Below, one piece after another: positions 11,985-24,520 of a stretch of 57,844 nt of DNA. A model generated the notes under the pieces. That model ran no database searches, was not told the DNA's origin, and saw only the letters and a list, made by a program, of their open reading frames with translations. The position numbers and the translations under genes are program-made. Position 1 is the stretch's first letter. Each line of letters starts with the position of its first letter. Origin of the DNA: Octopus bimaculoides (Eukaryota); contig NC_068982.1 in NCBI RefSeq assembly GCF_001194135.2, forward strand, positions 29,138,233 through 29,196,076, given 5' to 3'.

Positions 11985-13250
11985 TATATTTACCTCGGTG
12001 GGACTTGAAGCCAGAAAGAAAAAGTATCTGGACAAATACCACCAAGCATTTTTATCTGGTGCTCTACTGACTTTTCTTGGTGAAATGATATTTGTTGCGA
12101 AATTTAGTAGGCCAGCAACTTTAGATGGAAGAATTTAGTCGACTGCACCAACTCTCGTGCTTGATTGTTACTCTGTTATCGCTCGCGAAAGGCAAAGTTA
12201 ACTACGACGAAATTTGAGCGTAGAGCTGAAAGAAATGCAGCTGGTCATTATCCGACAAGTTAACGATTTTGCCAGTTCATCGCATTTGACCCCGAAGGAT
12301 GAATGGCAAAGTCAACCTTGGTGGTATTTGAACTTAGAAGGTAAAGAGTCAGAAGAGCTGCCTCTCTGCATTTTGTCCAACACGCTAATGATTCTACTAG
12401 TTCACCGCCTCAGTAATCCATTCTGCTATAGACACAAGGCCTGAGTGGGAGGGAGCTAGTTGATTACTTGTGCTTATTTTATCGACTCCTGGTGGATGAA
12501 AGGCAAACTAAACTTCAGCAGTATTTGAATTCAGAATGTAAATTGTCAGAAGAAATGTCACTAAGTATATTTGTCTGGTGTCCTTGATTCTTTCTGCTGT
12601 AGGTACACGGCATGAAATTTGTCGAGTGAGGCACAATCGATCACATCGTCTTCGACAGAATTTGAACTCGGAACGTAAAGAGCTGACTCGGTAACGATTC
12701 TGCTAGCTCGCCACTCAATAATAGACAGAAGTCCTGAAACTTTGATGGTGGGGAGGTGGCTAGTCGATAACATCGACTCATTGCTCAACTAATACTTAAT
12801 TTATCGATATCAGGAGGATGAAGGGCAAAGTCGACCTTGGCAGAATTTGAACAAAGACTATAAAGATGGACGAAATACTACTAAGCTAATACTTAAATTA
12901 TCTAACGGACTAACGATTCTACCAGCTCACCGCCTTAATTATAATATTCTAGCAAAGTACAAGGCCTGAAATTTGGGGAAAGAATTTAATCGATACTAAC
13001 AATTCCAGTATTTTATCGGTACTTATTTTATTAAATTCGAAGGGAAGAATGGCAAAGAGCTAGAACACGTTGGCCTTCACTTTCAGGGCAGGGGTTAAGG
13101 CGATTCATCAACACTAATACTCATGCGGTACTTATTTTATCGAAAGGTAAAATCGATCTCGGTCGAATTTGAACTCAGAACGTAAAGACGGATAAATGCC
13201 ACTAAGCATTTTCCCCGGCATGCTAACGATACTGCTAGCTCACCATTTTA
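11985..13250 (-). mobile_element. Cluster of about 7 same-orientation family A SINE fragments
   Basis: Repeated aaggcaaagtc.acct.gg...gaatttgaactcagaa...ctagctcaccgcc blocks. Confidence 0.7.
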
Positions 13251-15949
13251 CTCGTGAAATAATATCGATTATATACAAACTAGTTATTGTTCGTATCGAT
13301 ACGTATAAAGGGAAAATATAGCCAATCTATTGAAAATTAATCTGAATAAAATTCTAAGCTAGTTGTCAATGGTAGAAAAAAAAGGAATAAAATAAAATGT
13401 AGAACAGAAATTCATTTATCTTCCATGAGTAAAATTTCCTTTCTGGATGTCAATTATCTTGGCAGTGCCTCTAAATATTTGAAAAGGTGGTGGTCATTGA
13501 GAAATCTCGAGCAAAATTCCGAGAGACATTTGGTCACAACACGATATTTTGCGTTTAAAGTTCAAATCCCGCCGAGGTCTACTTTGTTTTTATCATTCCG
13601 AAGGTCAATTATATAAATACTAGTCATGCACTGAGGTTAATTTTATCAAGTACAACTTCCACGAAATTTAAAACCTTGTATCTCTGTAAAAAAATTTTTT
13701 TAATCCATAATATAGTTATGGGCAAACTGCAGCCCCCAAGACTTTCTGAATGACACTCGAAACGAAGAATTACTTGAATCTTTTTTTTCTTATTCTTTGC
13801 GACCCGCCTGATGATGAGCTAGGTCTCATGCTGCCCGCTTCTGGTAAAACGTTACCCATGCGTAAAGGGTAAAAATGAAGCAACAAAAAAAAAAAACTAT
13901 TTTCAAGATAAATAACTTTTGACAAATCTGAACGATCAGCAAGAGTTATTTCCCTTACCTTGATTTACATTGCTGTTCCAACTTTAATTCTTTATATGTA
14001 CTTCACTTATGCCAATTACTCAGGAAATGAAATATAATTATGTTGATGCTAGAATGGTAGGAAATCTTTATAATTCCTATTTGTTATATTTTCGACTATC
14101 CTCAAGCATACTGAACCATTTTAGATGAGGGGACTCCAACCATTCAGCTGTGGATCATTTGATACCATGCTGCACAGAATAAATTAAAAAATTTTATTTC
14201 TGTTTTATCAACTATTGCAATCTGAGTGGTTTTTTTTTTTTTTGCTATTATGTAATAATTAAATTATATTATACACATGTCTTTTTTTTTAATATATATT
14301 CTATTGAGAATTAGTATTTCCTGCGAGTCGTGTAAACTCAAATTGACATAATTCACCAAAATAGTTTCAAATATCATATTCTTCTTCAAAAAGCACATTG
14401 GTATATAAAACTGCTTTCAGTAGTTAAGGATAATGAAATTTTGAGTGGATATATCTGATTTCTGGATTATAAGGGTTAAGATGGAATACTGTAGATTATA
14501 GGGAGATTTTGCTGCATTTCTAGCATTTTGAACTCAGGTATCATTGATAATTAATTAGTGGTTAGCAATGATAACAGACCTGAAAGCTTAAGGCTGGTAA
14601 AAGTTAATTACTGCTAGAAATTCTCCAAGGGAAAACGAAAATGGTTTGTTGGACAGCAAAATGGTGAAAATTTATCTTTCATCGTTTGATTTAACAAATC
14701 GGAATCAATCTCATAAAATCACTTCTCACTTCACTCAAACAAAACAACAATAATACAAAAATGAATGACCAACAACAATAGCAACAACACTTTTATAAAA
14801 TGTCTTTATGACAAAAAATCTGGCTTTGTCACTTAATATTTCCGATGGCTGCCAGACGGACTTGATATCAGTTAATGTTTGAGAATGAGAAAGCACATCT
14901 GTTTTGTTTCCAATCATTAACGAATTTTTCAAATTTCTTTTTACTTTTAGTAATTGTTAGAACTTATTCTTACAATTTGGTTAATGAATATTTTGAGGGA
15001 AGTTTTTTTTTAAAGAAATGGCATATAATGGCATTTATTGGATTTACTTTCCAGGAACAGATACTTTGAAGATATTTTTAAATTAAAAATATTTATAGGA
15101 CATTTCCCTATAAAAGCAATCACTGAAAGCTACTTTCTTATACAGGTATTTCTGTATAATTATGTATTTGTTCAATCTTTATTCAATTATTTTACTATAA
15201 GTGTCTTTAGTTTTGTATGCTTGCTATCAAGTTGTATTCCATGTGTCTCTTTTTCAAGCACATTTATAAGGGTTTTTTTTTCTTTTTTTTTTGTAGTGGT
15301 GGTGTTGGTGTTGGTGTTGGGGAAGCAACTTTTAATCACTTTAAGGAAAATATAAAATATATATTGGCTGTATTTATACATTTGTTAAAATGTAACTTGT
15401 GTTCAAATTTTATATATAATTCTTCACAGGACCTGTTATTAAGCGTTTTTTTTTTTCTTTTTATACCATACATCTTTTCTCACTTTCTCATGCTTTTCTG
15501 TTTTACCTTCTTTTTGATAAAGGGCATGATTCAAAACATTAGATTCTCTTATACTTCTTTCTGTGGCCTACTGAGCTTCATTGTTTATGTCTTCATTATT
15601 TATCTTGCTTCATATTTGTTTTTCAGTTACATGTTTTCGCTTATGTATGTTTTTACTTTTTGGCCTCAAATTTCACTTGTATTCCTTGTTACTCTCCCCT
15701 TACATCCTTATGAAACTACTCCACCACCACCTCACCAATCTGCTGACCATAACCTCTCTTACGCTCACCTACCTTGACTTTTCTCTGGCAAGCCATCACT
15801 AGCATTTTTCTTTATCTTCATTGTCACATTTACTATTACTCTCTCTTGTAATGTGTGGTAGCCATATATCTCCTCTATATCAATACATTTGTTCTTGTCC
15901 CCCTATCAGTCTTTCGCTTCTCAGCACCTGGCATAAAGCCACCCCTCCC

Positions 15950-16511
15950 GGATCTTTTTTAAAACGAGGGCCACATTTTTCATTAACGAAACACTTTGAA
16001 ACTTGGAACACTGGTAGAATGTGTCAAATAAAACATCTTTTTCTCTTAGTCTTCTTAAAAAAAAAAGAAATCCATAAGTTATTCCATGTTAAAGTTGTCG
16101 TATTTCTGTAATTTCAACCAATCACTGACGTCCATTCAGCCGGTATACATTAAGTGCCGACTACATAAACAAACGATTCTGAAACAATTAACCCTAACCC
16201 TAATCTTAGGGTTAGGGTTAAAGCAAATTTAAAATGAAAAAAGCAAATAAAACGAAGGTATGGAGATTAAATACGCTTTACACCGCTTAATCAGCCAAAG
16301 GAGTATATGTAAACAACTGAATACTTGTCAGTGATTGGTTGAAATTATCGAAATAAGACAATTTTTTACATGAAATAAATTCGAATACAAAAATATTTTT
16401 CTGTTCTATAACACAAAATAGATAAGTATATGAAGTTTGAAAGTCTTTCCGTACCAAAAACACTACGTAAAACATTAATGAAAAATGTGGCCCCCGTTTT
16501 AAAATAGATCC
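15950..16511. mobile_element. MITE, 562 bp, about 37-bp TIRs, 8-bp TSD
   Basis: TIR GGATC(T/A)TTTTAAAACG.GGGCCACATTTTTCATTAA and perfect TSD CCCCTCCC (15942-15949, 16512-16519). Superfamily unresolved; 8-bp TSD groups include hAT, P and Merlin. Confidence 0.85.
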
Positions 16512-17069
16512 CCCCTCCCTTCCTTAGTCATTAGGATCTCTTTTCTATTGTCTTTTAACTTATTTGGTAACCTCAATAGCACCAGTGGGAATTAAAAAAG
16601 CACCCAATACAAACTGTAAAGTGGTTGGTGTTAGGATGGACATCCAGCCATAGAAAACCTGCCAAAGCTAATTCTAGAGGTCAGTGTAGCCCTGTGGCTT
16701 GCCAGATCATGTCAAATTGTCCAGCCCATGCCAGTATGGAAAATTGATGTTAAATGATTATCTATTATCCCTCTGTCTCTCGTATATCTAGCTGTTTGTG
16801 TGCACCTATCCATAGGTAGATAAGTACCATACTATATTTTAACCCTTGCATAATTGCAATAAAGGTCCATGTATCTTATGTCTGAAATTGCAATGTGTGA
16901 AGTTATGGGAGGCAGTTTCGACAGGAATCTAGATTATCACAGCACAAATCGTTTCAATGTAATTTGAAAGGTAAACATGTAAATAAGATCAGAAATGCAC
17001 TTTTCTGAGCCAAGTGTCATCAGACATTTAGTACCTAGAGTTGAAAAGTTAATATAAACATATAATACC

Positions 17070-17340
17070 TATAGCTGGCAATCTTGGAGGGGCATAAACC
17101 TGTAGCTGGCAATCTTGGAGAGGCGTAACGCCTGTAGCTGGCAATCTTGGAGAGGCGTAACGCCTGTAGCTGGCAATCTTGGAGAGGCGTAACGCCTGTA
17201 GCTGGCAATCTTGGAGAGGCGTAACGCCTGTAGCTGGCAATCTTGGAGAGGCGTAACGCCTGTAGCTGGCAATCTTGGAGGGGCGTAACGCCTGTAGCTG
17301 GCAATCTTGGAGGGGCGTAACGCCTGTAGCTGGCAACCTT
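17070..17340. repeat. 32-bp minisatellite, about 8.5 units
   Basis: Unit TGTAGCTGGCAATCTTGGAG(A/G)GGCGTAACGCC starts at 17101, 17133 ... 17325; no spacers. Confidence 0.95.
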
Positions 17341-17484
17341 CGACTATTTATACTTGAAGCATTTCCTCATATTTCTCTGCATTTCCCTACAGTATTTTTA
17401 TTTTCCAGGCATCAGCTTACTATAATATTCAATAAAGGAAAAATATAATTTACTTAATCTCAGTTTTTAAAATCTTCAAAATTA

Positions 17485-17799
17485 CTGTATTTGATGGCCT
17501 ATAGGATGCACCGTAGCCTAAGCTATTCTTTTGTAAAATAAATTACCACTAAAATAATGTTTTAATTATTCCACTTACCTGTATAACCTTATGTTATTAC
17601 TGGTAATTATAAGCAATTTATTGCATCCACATTCGATATAAACATACCATAGGCGATTGTTCACCGATAGATGGCAACATATGTTTTGTAAACATACATA
17701 CGTTCTGAGCGAGTTGTGAGCCTACATTGAGTCCATTGGACACAGGATTTTTAAGCCATTTTGGAGTAAAAAAGGTGTCTTATAGGCCATCAAATATAT
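17485..17799. mobile_element. Tc1/mariner-pogo (Tigger-like) MITE
   Basis: TA|CTGTATTTGATGGCCTATAGGATGCACC is mirrored by GGTGTCTTATAGGCCATCAAATA. Confidence 0.65.
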
Positions 17800-18268
17800 A
17801 ATTAAAACATGTAAGATGTGTTCTTCATTAGTAATGGGCTACAGTTTTCTTTTTTCTATTTCAACCCTTTTTTTCTGTACTTTCCCATTTCACAGAATTT
17901 TTTTCAGTGTAACTGTCCTTTACTCTCAACATTGTTTCATTATTCCCATTTCTTTCTCTCCTATGTCCCCAATATTCCTTTAGTTTATGGTGTTCATTCT
18001 AATCCTCTTTCACTGGTTTTGTTCCTCTGCTTTTATAAATGACAATCAGAATAAGAGCCATTTAGCTTCAAACTTAGTATTATCACAAAACTAGACAAAT
18101 TTTGTTAGGATGATAAATAGATGAAATTATTTTCTTTCTCTTCACATGCCATGCCTATAAGCATCCAGTAATCAGATCTCTTTGTCCTCCTACCTCACAC
18201 TCAGCACATTACTGGCTGGTCACTCTGAAACCAGCGAGGGTGGCCATTGTGTATCTTTGTCTTCCTTG

Positions 18269-18443
18269 CACTAGTGTAGATGGGAGGAGGGAAGGGGGCA
18301 GCAGGGTTAGTGTGCCCCAGGCCACATTTTTAAAGGGGCACCACTTTTGGGTCTGCTGTAAGCAATGTGTTTTTTGTGGGGGGGTCTGAGAGCAGCAAAT
18401 GGAAGGGCCATCCCGGGCAGCACACACTCTGGCTATGCTAGTG
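18269..18443. mobile_element. Short MITE with 8-bp TSD
   Basis: TIR CACTAGTGTAG / CTATGCTAGTG; TSD CTTCCTTG vs CTTCCCTG (7/8). Confidence 0.65.
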
Positions 18444-19020
18444 CTTCCCTGGTTTCTTTTCAGTTTCCTGGCAGTCGAGCATTAAATGCTTTTTCTACTT
18501 GTATACTGTCCAATGAATTGAGGCTGTTGTCACTTTCTGTTAAACTTTCTGGTGGTCTTTGCCACTCTTTCATCATATACCCAACACAACATTCTTGTAA
18601 AGAACCACATCAGTAAGGATTTACACTTGTTTGCTTATACTCAAGATCACATGACCATATCATTTGATTTGCTTTATTTCACAATCATTGCCTAAAATCC
18701 AATCTTTATATGCATACCATCTACTTCAAAGATATACATCACCTTTTAAGGTGCCACAATAAATTACATAAAATAAGCAATGAAAAGTAAGAGTGATGTA
18801 TTTTCAACAGGTGCTGAGTAATACACATCTAAAGCAGTCTGTCTGATCTTTGTCAACCCACTTAAAAATATAAGTTATTCTACTTGTCTTCAATGTTTGA
18901 AAAATGTTTTCAATTTTCCTCTTGCAAAACACTTTTCTGCTAATCTTCAGACATGATATAAAAATAGAATAAATTAGGACAATTACCTAAAGGTGGAATA
19001 CAAATGTATACAGCAGCTGT

Positions 19021-19464
19021 CGTGTCATGAAGATAAAACAAAGCAGTCAAGTGGAGATCTACTTATAGGCCATTCAACAGATGTGTCATGAAGATAAAAC
19101 AAAGCAGTCAAGTGGAGATCTACTTATAGGCCATTCAACAGATGTGTCATGAAGATAAAACAAAGCAGTCAGNNNNNNNNNNNNNNNNNNNNNNNNNNNN
19201 NNNNNNNNNNNNNNNNNNNNNNNNNNNNNNNNNNNNNNNNNNNNNNNNNNNNNNNNNNNNNNNNNNNNNNNNNNNNNNNNNNNNNNNNNNNNNNNNNNNN
19301 NNNNNNNNNNNNCGTGTCATGAAGATAAAACAAAGCAGTCAAGTGGAGATCTACTTATAGGCCATTCAACAGATGTGTCATGAAGATAAAACAAAGCAGT
19401 CAAGTGGAGATCTACTTATAGGCCATTCAACAGATGTGTCATGAAGATAAAACAAAGCAGTCAG
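19021..19464. repeat. 61-bp tandem repeat spanning an N-gap
   Basis: Period 61 (19022, 19083, 19144); 19021-19172 is repeated exactly at 19313-19464. Confidence 0.9.
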
Positions 19465-19494
19465 GCCACTGAAAATAAAACAAAGGCTTGAAAA

Positions 19495-19788
19495 CTAGCC
19501 AGTTTGTTGGAAGATGGCTAAACAGTCTGGTACTTGTACAGCTGGTGTATCGTACAGTTTTTTTGTTTGATTTTTTTTAACTGAATGATAATAGGTGTTC
19601 CTTGCAATTTTTTCTTTGCAAATATTTGTTCGTTCATCCTTGTTGAAATGATGGTTAAACATGTACTGCGCATGGCTGCTGTCAGTAGGCATATTAGAAA
19701 CTAAATTGCAAGTGTTTTGGTCAGCTAGAGCTATTAAACAAGCTCTTGGTCTACTGTCAGCAATTGTATGAACAACTTGCAATATTGC
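19495..19788 (-). CDS. Candidate terminal exon of an unidentified gene
   Basis: Acceptor aatttttcag with a branch-like tgctgat upstream, then 97 sense codons AILQVVHTIADSRPRACLIALADQ...FQQTG*. Non-repetitive composition; no family recognised. Confidence 0.4.
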   Translation of the reverse strand, partial: AILQVVHTIADSRPRACLIALADQNTCNLVSNMPTDSSHAQYMFNHHFNKDERTNICKEKIARNTYYHSVKKNQTKKLYDTPAVQVPDCLAIFQQTG

Positions 19789-20023
19789 CTGAAAAATTAC
19801 TTTTTATGCATCAGCAATAACATAATGGAAAATGTGGGAAGACTTTTAAATAATAGAACATGCATCAATGCATTTCTCCATTTCACTACTTTCTTTACAG
19901 ATGAATCATTTTAGTCTATTTAATAATTTAAAATGGTGTTCTCTTGTTGAATATGAAAACTTGTGCAAGTTATGGTTAGTTTCAGTGTTTTGTGAATTGT
20001 TCAAAATTGCATAACATACAAAC

Positions 20024-20078
20024 TTCAGATGCATCACTAACTGCTAACAAAGAAGTTGCAGCTGCTTGTCTAATCATA
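20024..20078 (-). CDS. Candidate internal exon of the same unidentified gene
   Basis: aatattttttcag|T ATG ATT AGA CAA GCA GCT GCA...TCT GAA|gtttgt. Only one frame is open (MIRQAAATSLLAVSDASE) and it splices in phase 0 to 19788. An alternative donor GTATGT 4 nt downstream would shift the frame. Confidence 0.4.
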
Positions 20079-20379
20079 CTGAAAAAATATTAACAAAGGA
20101 GAATACACACCACAGCAAATGCACATTAAACAGGCGAGTTTTGGAAATGAGTGCTAAAATGAACCTGCCTTTTTATGAAAGGGAAAAAGGTACACTGGAG
20201 TTGAAAGCTATTAACCCTTTTGTTATCAAATTTTTGTTGAGATACTTTGTGTTTCTTTCAATTTTATATGTAACAACCAAGTTATTTTACTAAATTCTTT
20301 ATCATTAAGCTAGTGTTAGGAATATAAATTGTGACTAAGGTTTGGAAGATTTTAATTCAGAACTTTTGAAAACAAGACA

Positions 20380-20800
20380 TTTGTACTACAGAACCAGAGG
20401 TAGTTTCAGGTGGGTTGGTATCAAAAAGGTTAAAGGCAGTATTACTTACCTACTTGGTGGTAATGATTTGAGCTCATGTTACATATGTTTATCATTGTGG
20501 GACACAAGTTGCTATGAAATCTTTTGTTACATAGTGATCAAATAAAAAGGAGTGGATCACAAGAACAGTATTTCAAGATGGGCTTATTTTGTGTTGTTGT
20601 CCAACAGCCAGAAAGAGTATTGTCATTCTTGTAAACAAATCTTTTTCTTGTGAACAATGCTTCTAGTTACCCACCTAACATAAAAGATATGACTGATAAT
20701 GTTGAAGTAGCTTTCCTACCTCCAAATGCAACCAACTTGATTTTATCTCTAGACAAGGGAGTTCAATCAAAGCTTACCTTTTATTGTTTGCCTTTTAAGT
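20380..20800 (+). mobile_element. Decayed pogo/Tigger (DDE_1) transposase fragment
   Basis: NNASSYPPNIKDMTDNVEVAFLPPNATNLILSLDKGV resembles the pogo DNA..H...FLPPN.T..QP.D.G motif. Confidence 0.65.
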
Positions 20801-21129
20801 AATTGCTTAAGTTCTTAGATGATGAAAAAAAAGGTTCTGTAAAGAATTATGGCATGGTTACCATATCATTAATATTATAAAGTACTTAAGTAGGCTAGGT
20901 AAGAAGTAAAACTAAACACAATGTTTTTTTCTTTTTGAATAAACTCTATCCAGATTATATTGCAAACTTCATGGGTTTCAAGGAGCCAATAAAAATGGTT
21001 TATCAATAGATGAAGTTATTATGGACTTCTTTTTAATATGAAGAAGCACTACTTTTGACATAATTCAATAAATGTTGAATGGGTGGTGACTAAACCAGCA
21101 TGCACACCAGTCTAGCCTGGTGAGGAGGA

Positions 21130-21560
21130 TTACTAGAAACACAAGACAAAACCACAGAGACCTGAAAGAAGAATATACTCAAGGCAGCAGCATCACGCTC
21201 GAATGGTGCTTTTAATGTTCCACTGGCACAGATGCCAATCAGGCAGTACGGTCATCAACCATGATGATTTCACTTGCCTCAACAGGTCTTCGCAAGCATA
21301 GTTTATTGTCCAATGATTGAAGAAAACTCTTAAATGGGCTGGCTACACAGCACTGGCATAGGCCATGGTTATAATCTCACTTGGCTTGCTGGGTCTTCTC
21401 AAGCGTAGCATATCTCCAAAGGTCTTGGCCACTTGTCATTGCCTCAGTGAGGCCCAATGATCGAAGGTCGTGCTTCACCACCTCATCCCAGGTCTTCCTG
21501 GGTCTACCTCTTCCACAGGTTCCCTCAATTGCTAGGGTGTGATACTTTTTCACACAGCTG
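21130..21560 (-). mobile_element. 3' end of an RTE-like LINE
   Basis: EGTCGRGRPRKTWDEVVKHDLRSLGLTEAM...LWRYA then a 3' UTR. Confidence 0.8.
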
Positions 21561-22869
21561 TCCACACACACACACACACACATATATATTCTTTTACTTG
21601 TTTCAGCCATTTGACTAGCCATGCTAGAGTACTGCCTTTTAGTTGAAGAAATTGACCCCAGAACTTATTCTTTGTAAGCCTGGCACCTATTCTATTGGTC
21701 TCTTCTCTTGAACTAAGTTACAGGAACATAAACACACCAGCATCGGTTGTCAAGTGATGGTGGACGCACACACACACACACACACACACAATGAGCTTCT
21801 TTCAGTTTCCATCTACCAAATCCACTCACAAGGCTTTGGTTGGCCTGAGGCTATAGTAGAAGACACTTGCCCAAGGTGGCATGCAGTGGGGCTGAACCTG
21901 GAACCATGTGGTTTGGAATTGAGCTTCTTACCACACAGCCACTCATGCCTATATATATATATAATTATTTGTGAATTAAGGCTACAATTGGTTTCATGTT
22001 AAGAGTAGGAAAATATCTAAGTATCTTAACAATTTTTCAAGTCGATCACATATAATCATTGTTTTATGTCCCCTGTCTAGTGGACAGCTTTGATGGATCC
22101 ATTCACAAACATGGTTAAAGGGACTTTATCTTGTGTTTTATTTTGTCTTGATTTCTATAGCTGGGTGTACTTCCTAGCCCCACCCATTTTACTGAACATT
22201 ATTGGGTGCTTTTTTTCCATGGCACCAGCACTAGAGGAGTGTCATGTCCTAGGCAAGTCTAAAGAGTCCACAGGATTTTGAACATTGTGAAAAGGACAGT
22301 GAGAAACTTGAGTATTAGGAGCATGAATGATAGGTAATAAGGGGGTTGTGTAGTAGTGGAATGAGTGAAAAGATTAGTAACTCTGAGATAGGCACAAATA
22401 TTTTTAAGTAATATAACTGAATTAGCAGTCAGAATTGAGAAGAGGCAGGAGTGATTGAGAGATGATCAATGGGTATGGCTAAAGAATACAATAAAAGGTA
22501 GATGAGGAATAAAGGTAAGGATACAATGTGTGGAAAATGAGAGAGAGAACCACCACTCTTCATAGTAATACCTACAGCATAATACAGTGTAATTGATAAA
22601 AGGAATGAGGAAGTAGAAGAGAGGTAATAGGATCATGGGTGTGGAGCATGAGCAAGATAAAGACATGGGTTAAATGGACCTGTGTAACAGTGGTTTGAGA
22701 AACAAAATGATGGGTGAGAGAGATGTAATGGGGGGGGGGGGGAGGTTCAAGAAATTGAGAGATGTGTGTTAGAGCTGTGAGAGGCTATTGAGGAAAGTGA
22801 GGTAGATATGCATGAATATATATGTGCACACATGCACATACATGTGTTTAGTGATGCATTCCTATATAT

Positions 22870-24505
22870 TTTCGGCAAAGCAGGTTCGGGAGAAATGCTA
22901 AGAGGAACAATTGCCACTATACCAGGTTTTCATAGAATTCAAGGAGGCACTGTGGATCATTTTGTGTTAACTTGGTTGCCAAAAATATTTTCTACACATC
23001 TTTAAGGAACTACAAAGAAGCATGAAAGCTCAGGTAGCCTTTAATGGTGAGTTGTCTCACAAATTTTTGGTGGACATTGGTGTCAAACGTGAGATATTCC
23101 TGGCTGTACTATTTCCTCTACTTATTTTGCTGCATTGCTTTGGTATGCTTTCAAGGATTGCAATAGGGAAATCAGATTTCAGACATCTGGTTGCATTTTT
23201 AATATTACCCAGTTTACCTATAAAGCGAATATTTTCAAAACACTAGTCAGAGAATTTCTTTACTCTGATGCTGATTTGTATGCACACTCAGGGGAGGATA
23301 TGCAACATATAATGGACAGATTTTTCCACTGCATGTGCACATTTCAGACTCACAATCAGTACTGGGAAAAATGCTTGCTCCCACACCAGGACAAACATTC
23401 TGAACCAAACGCTTTTGTGAATGGAACAAGGTTAGAAATCATTGACATTTTTGTTTACCTTGGCAGTACACTGTCAAGAGATGACCTTGATTCAGAGATA
23501 TTCAGAGATATCGAATAGGGATGGGAAGTGTTGCATTTGGAAAGCTAGAAAAGTAAGTATGGGTGGATAGAGGTATTTCCTTGCAGACAAAATCAGTGTA
23601 TTGACTACACTTTTTTTTCAAGTAAGACGTGACCCATTCACAGGCATCATATAAAAATGTTTGAGAGATTTCACCAAAAGTGCCTCAGATGTATCTTAGG
23701 AGTCAAGTGGGAATGTTTCATACCAGATACAAATGTTTTGTGCATGGCCTGTTGTAGCTCAATTGAACATGTCATCTTGGCTCAAATAAGATGGGTCGGA
23801 CGTGTTATTTGAATGAATGATGAGCAATTGCCAAAGCATCATTTTTATGGTGAGCTCAACTCTGGTAAGTAACCACAACATAAGGTAAGGAAAAGGTATA
23901 AAGTCTGTCAGAAGGAAAACCTGATGAAACTAGATGTGAACATGAGTGATTGGGAAACTGATGCTCTGCATTAGAGCAAGAGAAGTGCTGTTTGGGCTGG
24001 TTGTAATGGCTGGGAAGAATAGTTAATTCAGCATTCTGAGTTTAAAAGAGCATGTCAGATGTTGGAAAGAAACCAACTGGAACTGAAATCAACAGTGCAT
24101 ATTGGATATGTATTGTGTGTGATCATGTTCTGTTGTCAAAAGCAGGATATGTGAATTACATGAAAGTTGAAATGTCCAGGTAGGTACTAATCTTGAACCC
24201 CAACCACCTCTTACAACTTGTGTCATATGTCAAAAACCTTGTAAGACAATATCTGGACTTAAAAGACCTATGTTAGTTCGCAAAAACATTCCTTCAGAAT
24301 CGGGTTTCAAATGGCAAAGATGTAGAAGAAACTTGAATAATATCTGTCACTTGTGTTTTAAACCCTGTCAGTCAGCAGCTGGTCTTAAAAGTCATCTGAG
24401 GTATCATCAACAGAGGAATTGTGCTGTGTAATGGGGTGTAGTGTGTGTGTGTGTTGGTAGGATGGCTATCATCTATCTAGATGAAGCAATCATCATCATC
24501 ATCAT
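22870..24505 (+). mobile_element. Decayed RTE-clade LINE (RT, C-terminal C2H2-like motifs, (ATC)n tail)
   Basis: Frameshifted RT motifs VREFLYSDA.L.AHS.EDMQ..MDRF, FVYLGSTLS, FERFHQKCLR.ILG, LAQIRWVG.V, ELNSGK; CxxCxK.C...GL..H motifs near 24230-24410. Confidence 0.85.
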
Positions 24506-24520
24506 ATATATATATATATA

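Noticed and set aside
13806-13830. Another hammerhead (CTGATGA at 13808)
   Set aside because: No stem II followed by GAAA and no stem I complement.
13770-13859. MGNVLPEAGS... myristoylation-like first exon on the minus strand
   Set aside because: Stops after 29 codons, with no partner exon or homology to support it.
16188-16221. Relic of a telomere-telomere chromosome fusion
   Set aside because: Only about 2.5 units per side, in the CCCTAA-then-TTAGGG orientation (fusions give the opposite), and inside a TSD-flanked MITE.
17035-17340. CRISPR-like array or repeat protein (32-bp period, three ORFs)
   Set aside because: Units are contiguous with no unique spacers, there are no cas genes and the context is eukaryotic. 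The ORFs follow simply from a stop-free unit.
19021-19464. CRISPR-like 61-bp repeat
   Set aside because: Plain tandem repeat without spacers, partly an assembly duplication.
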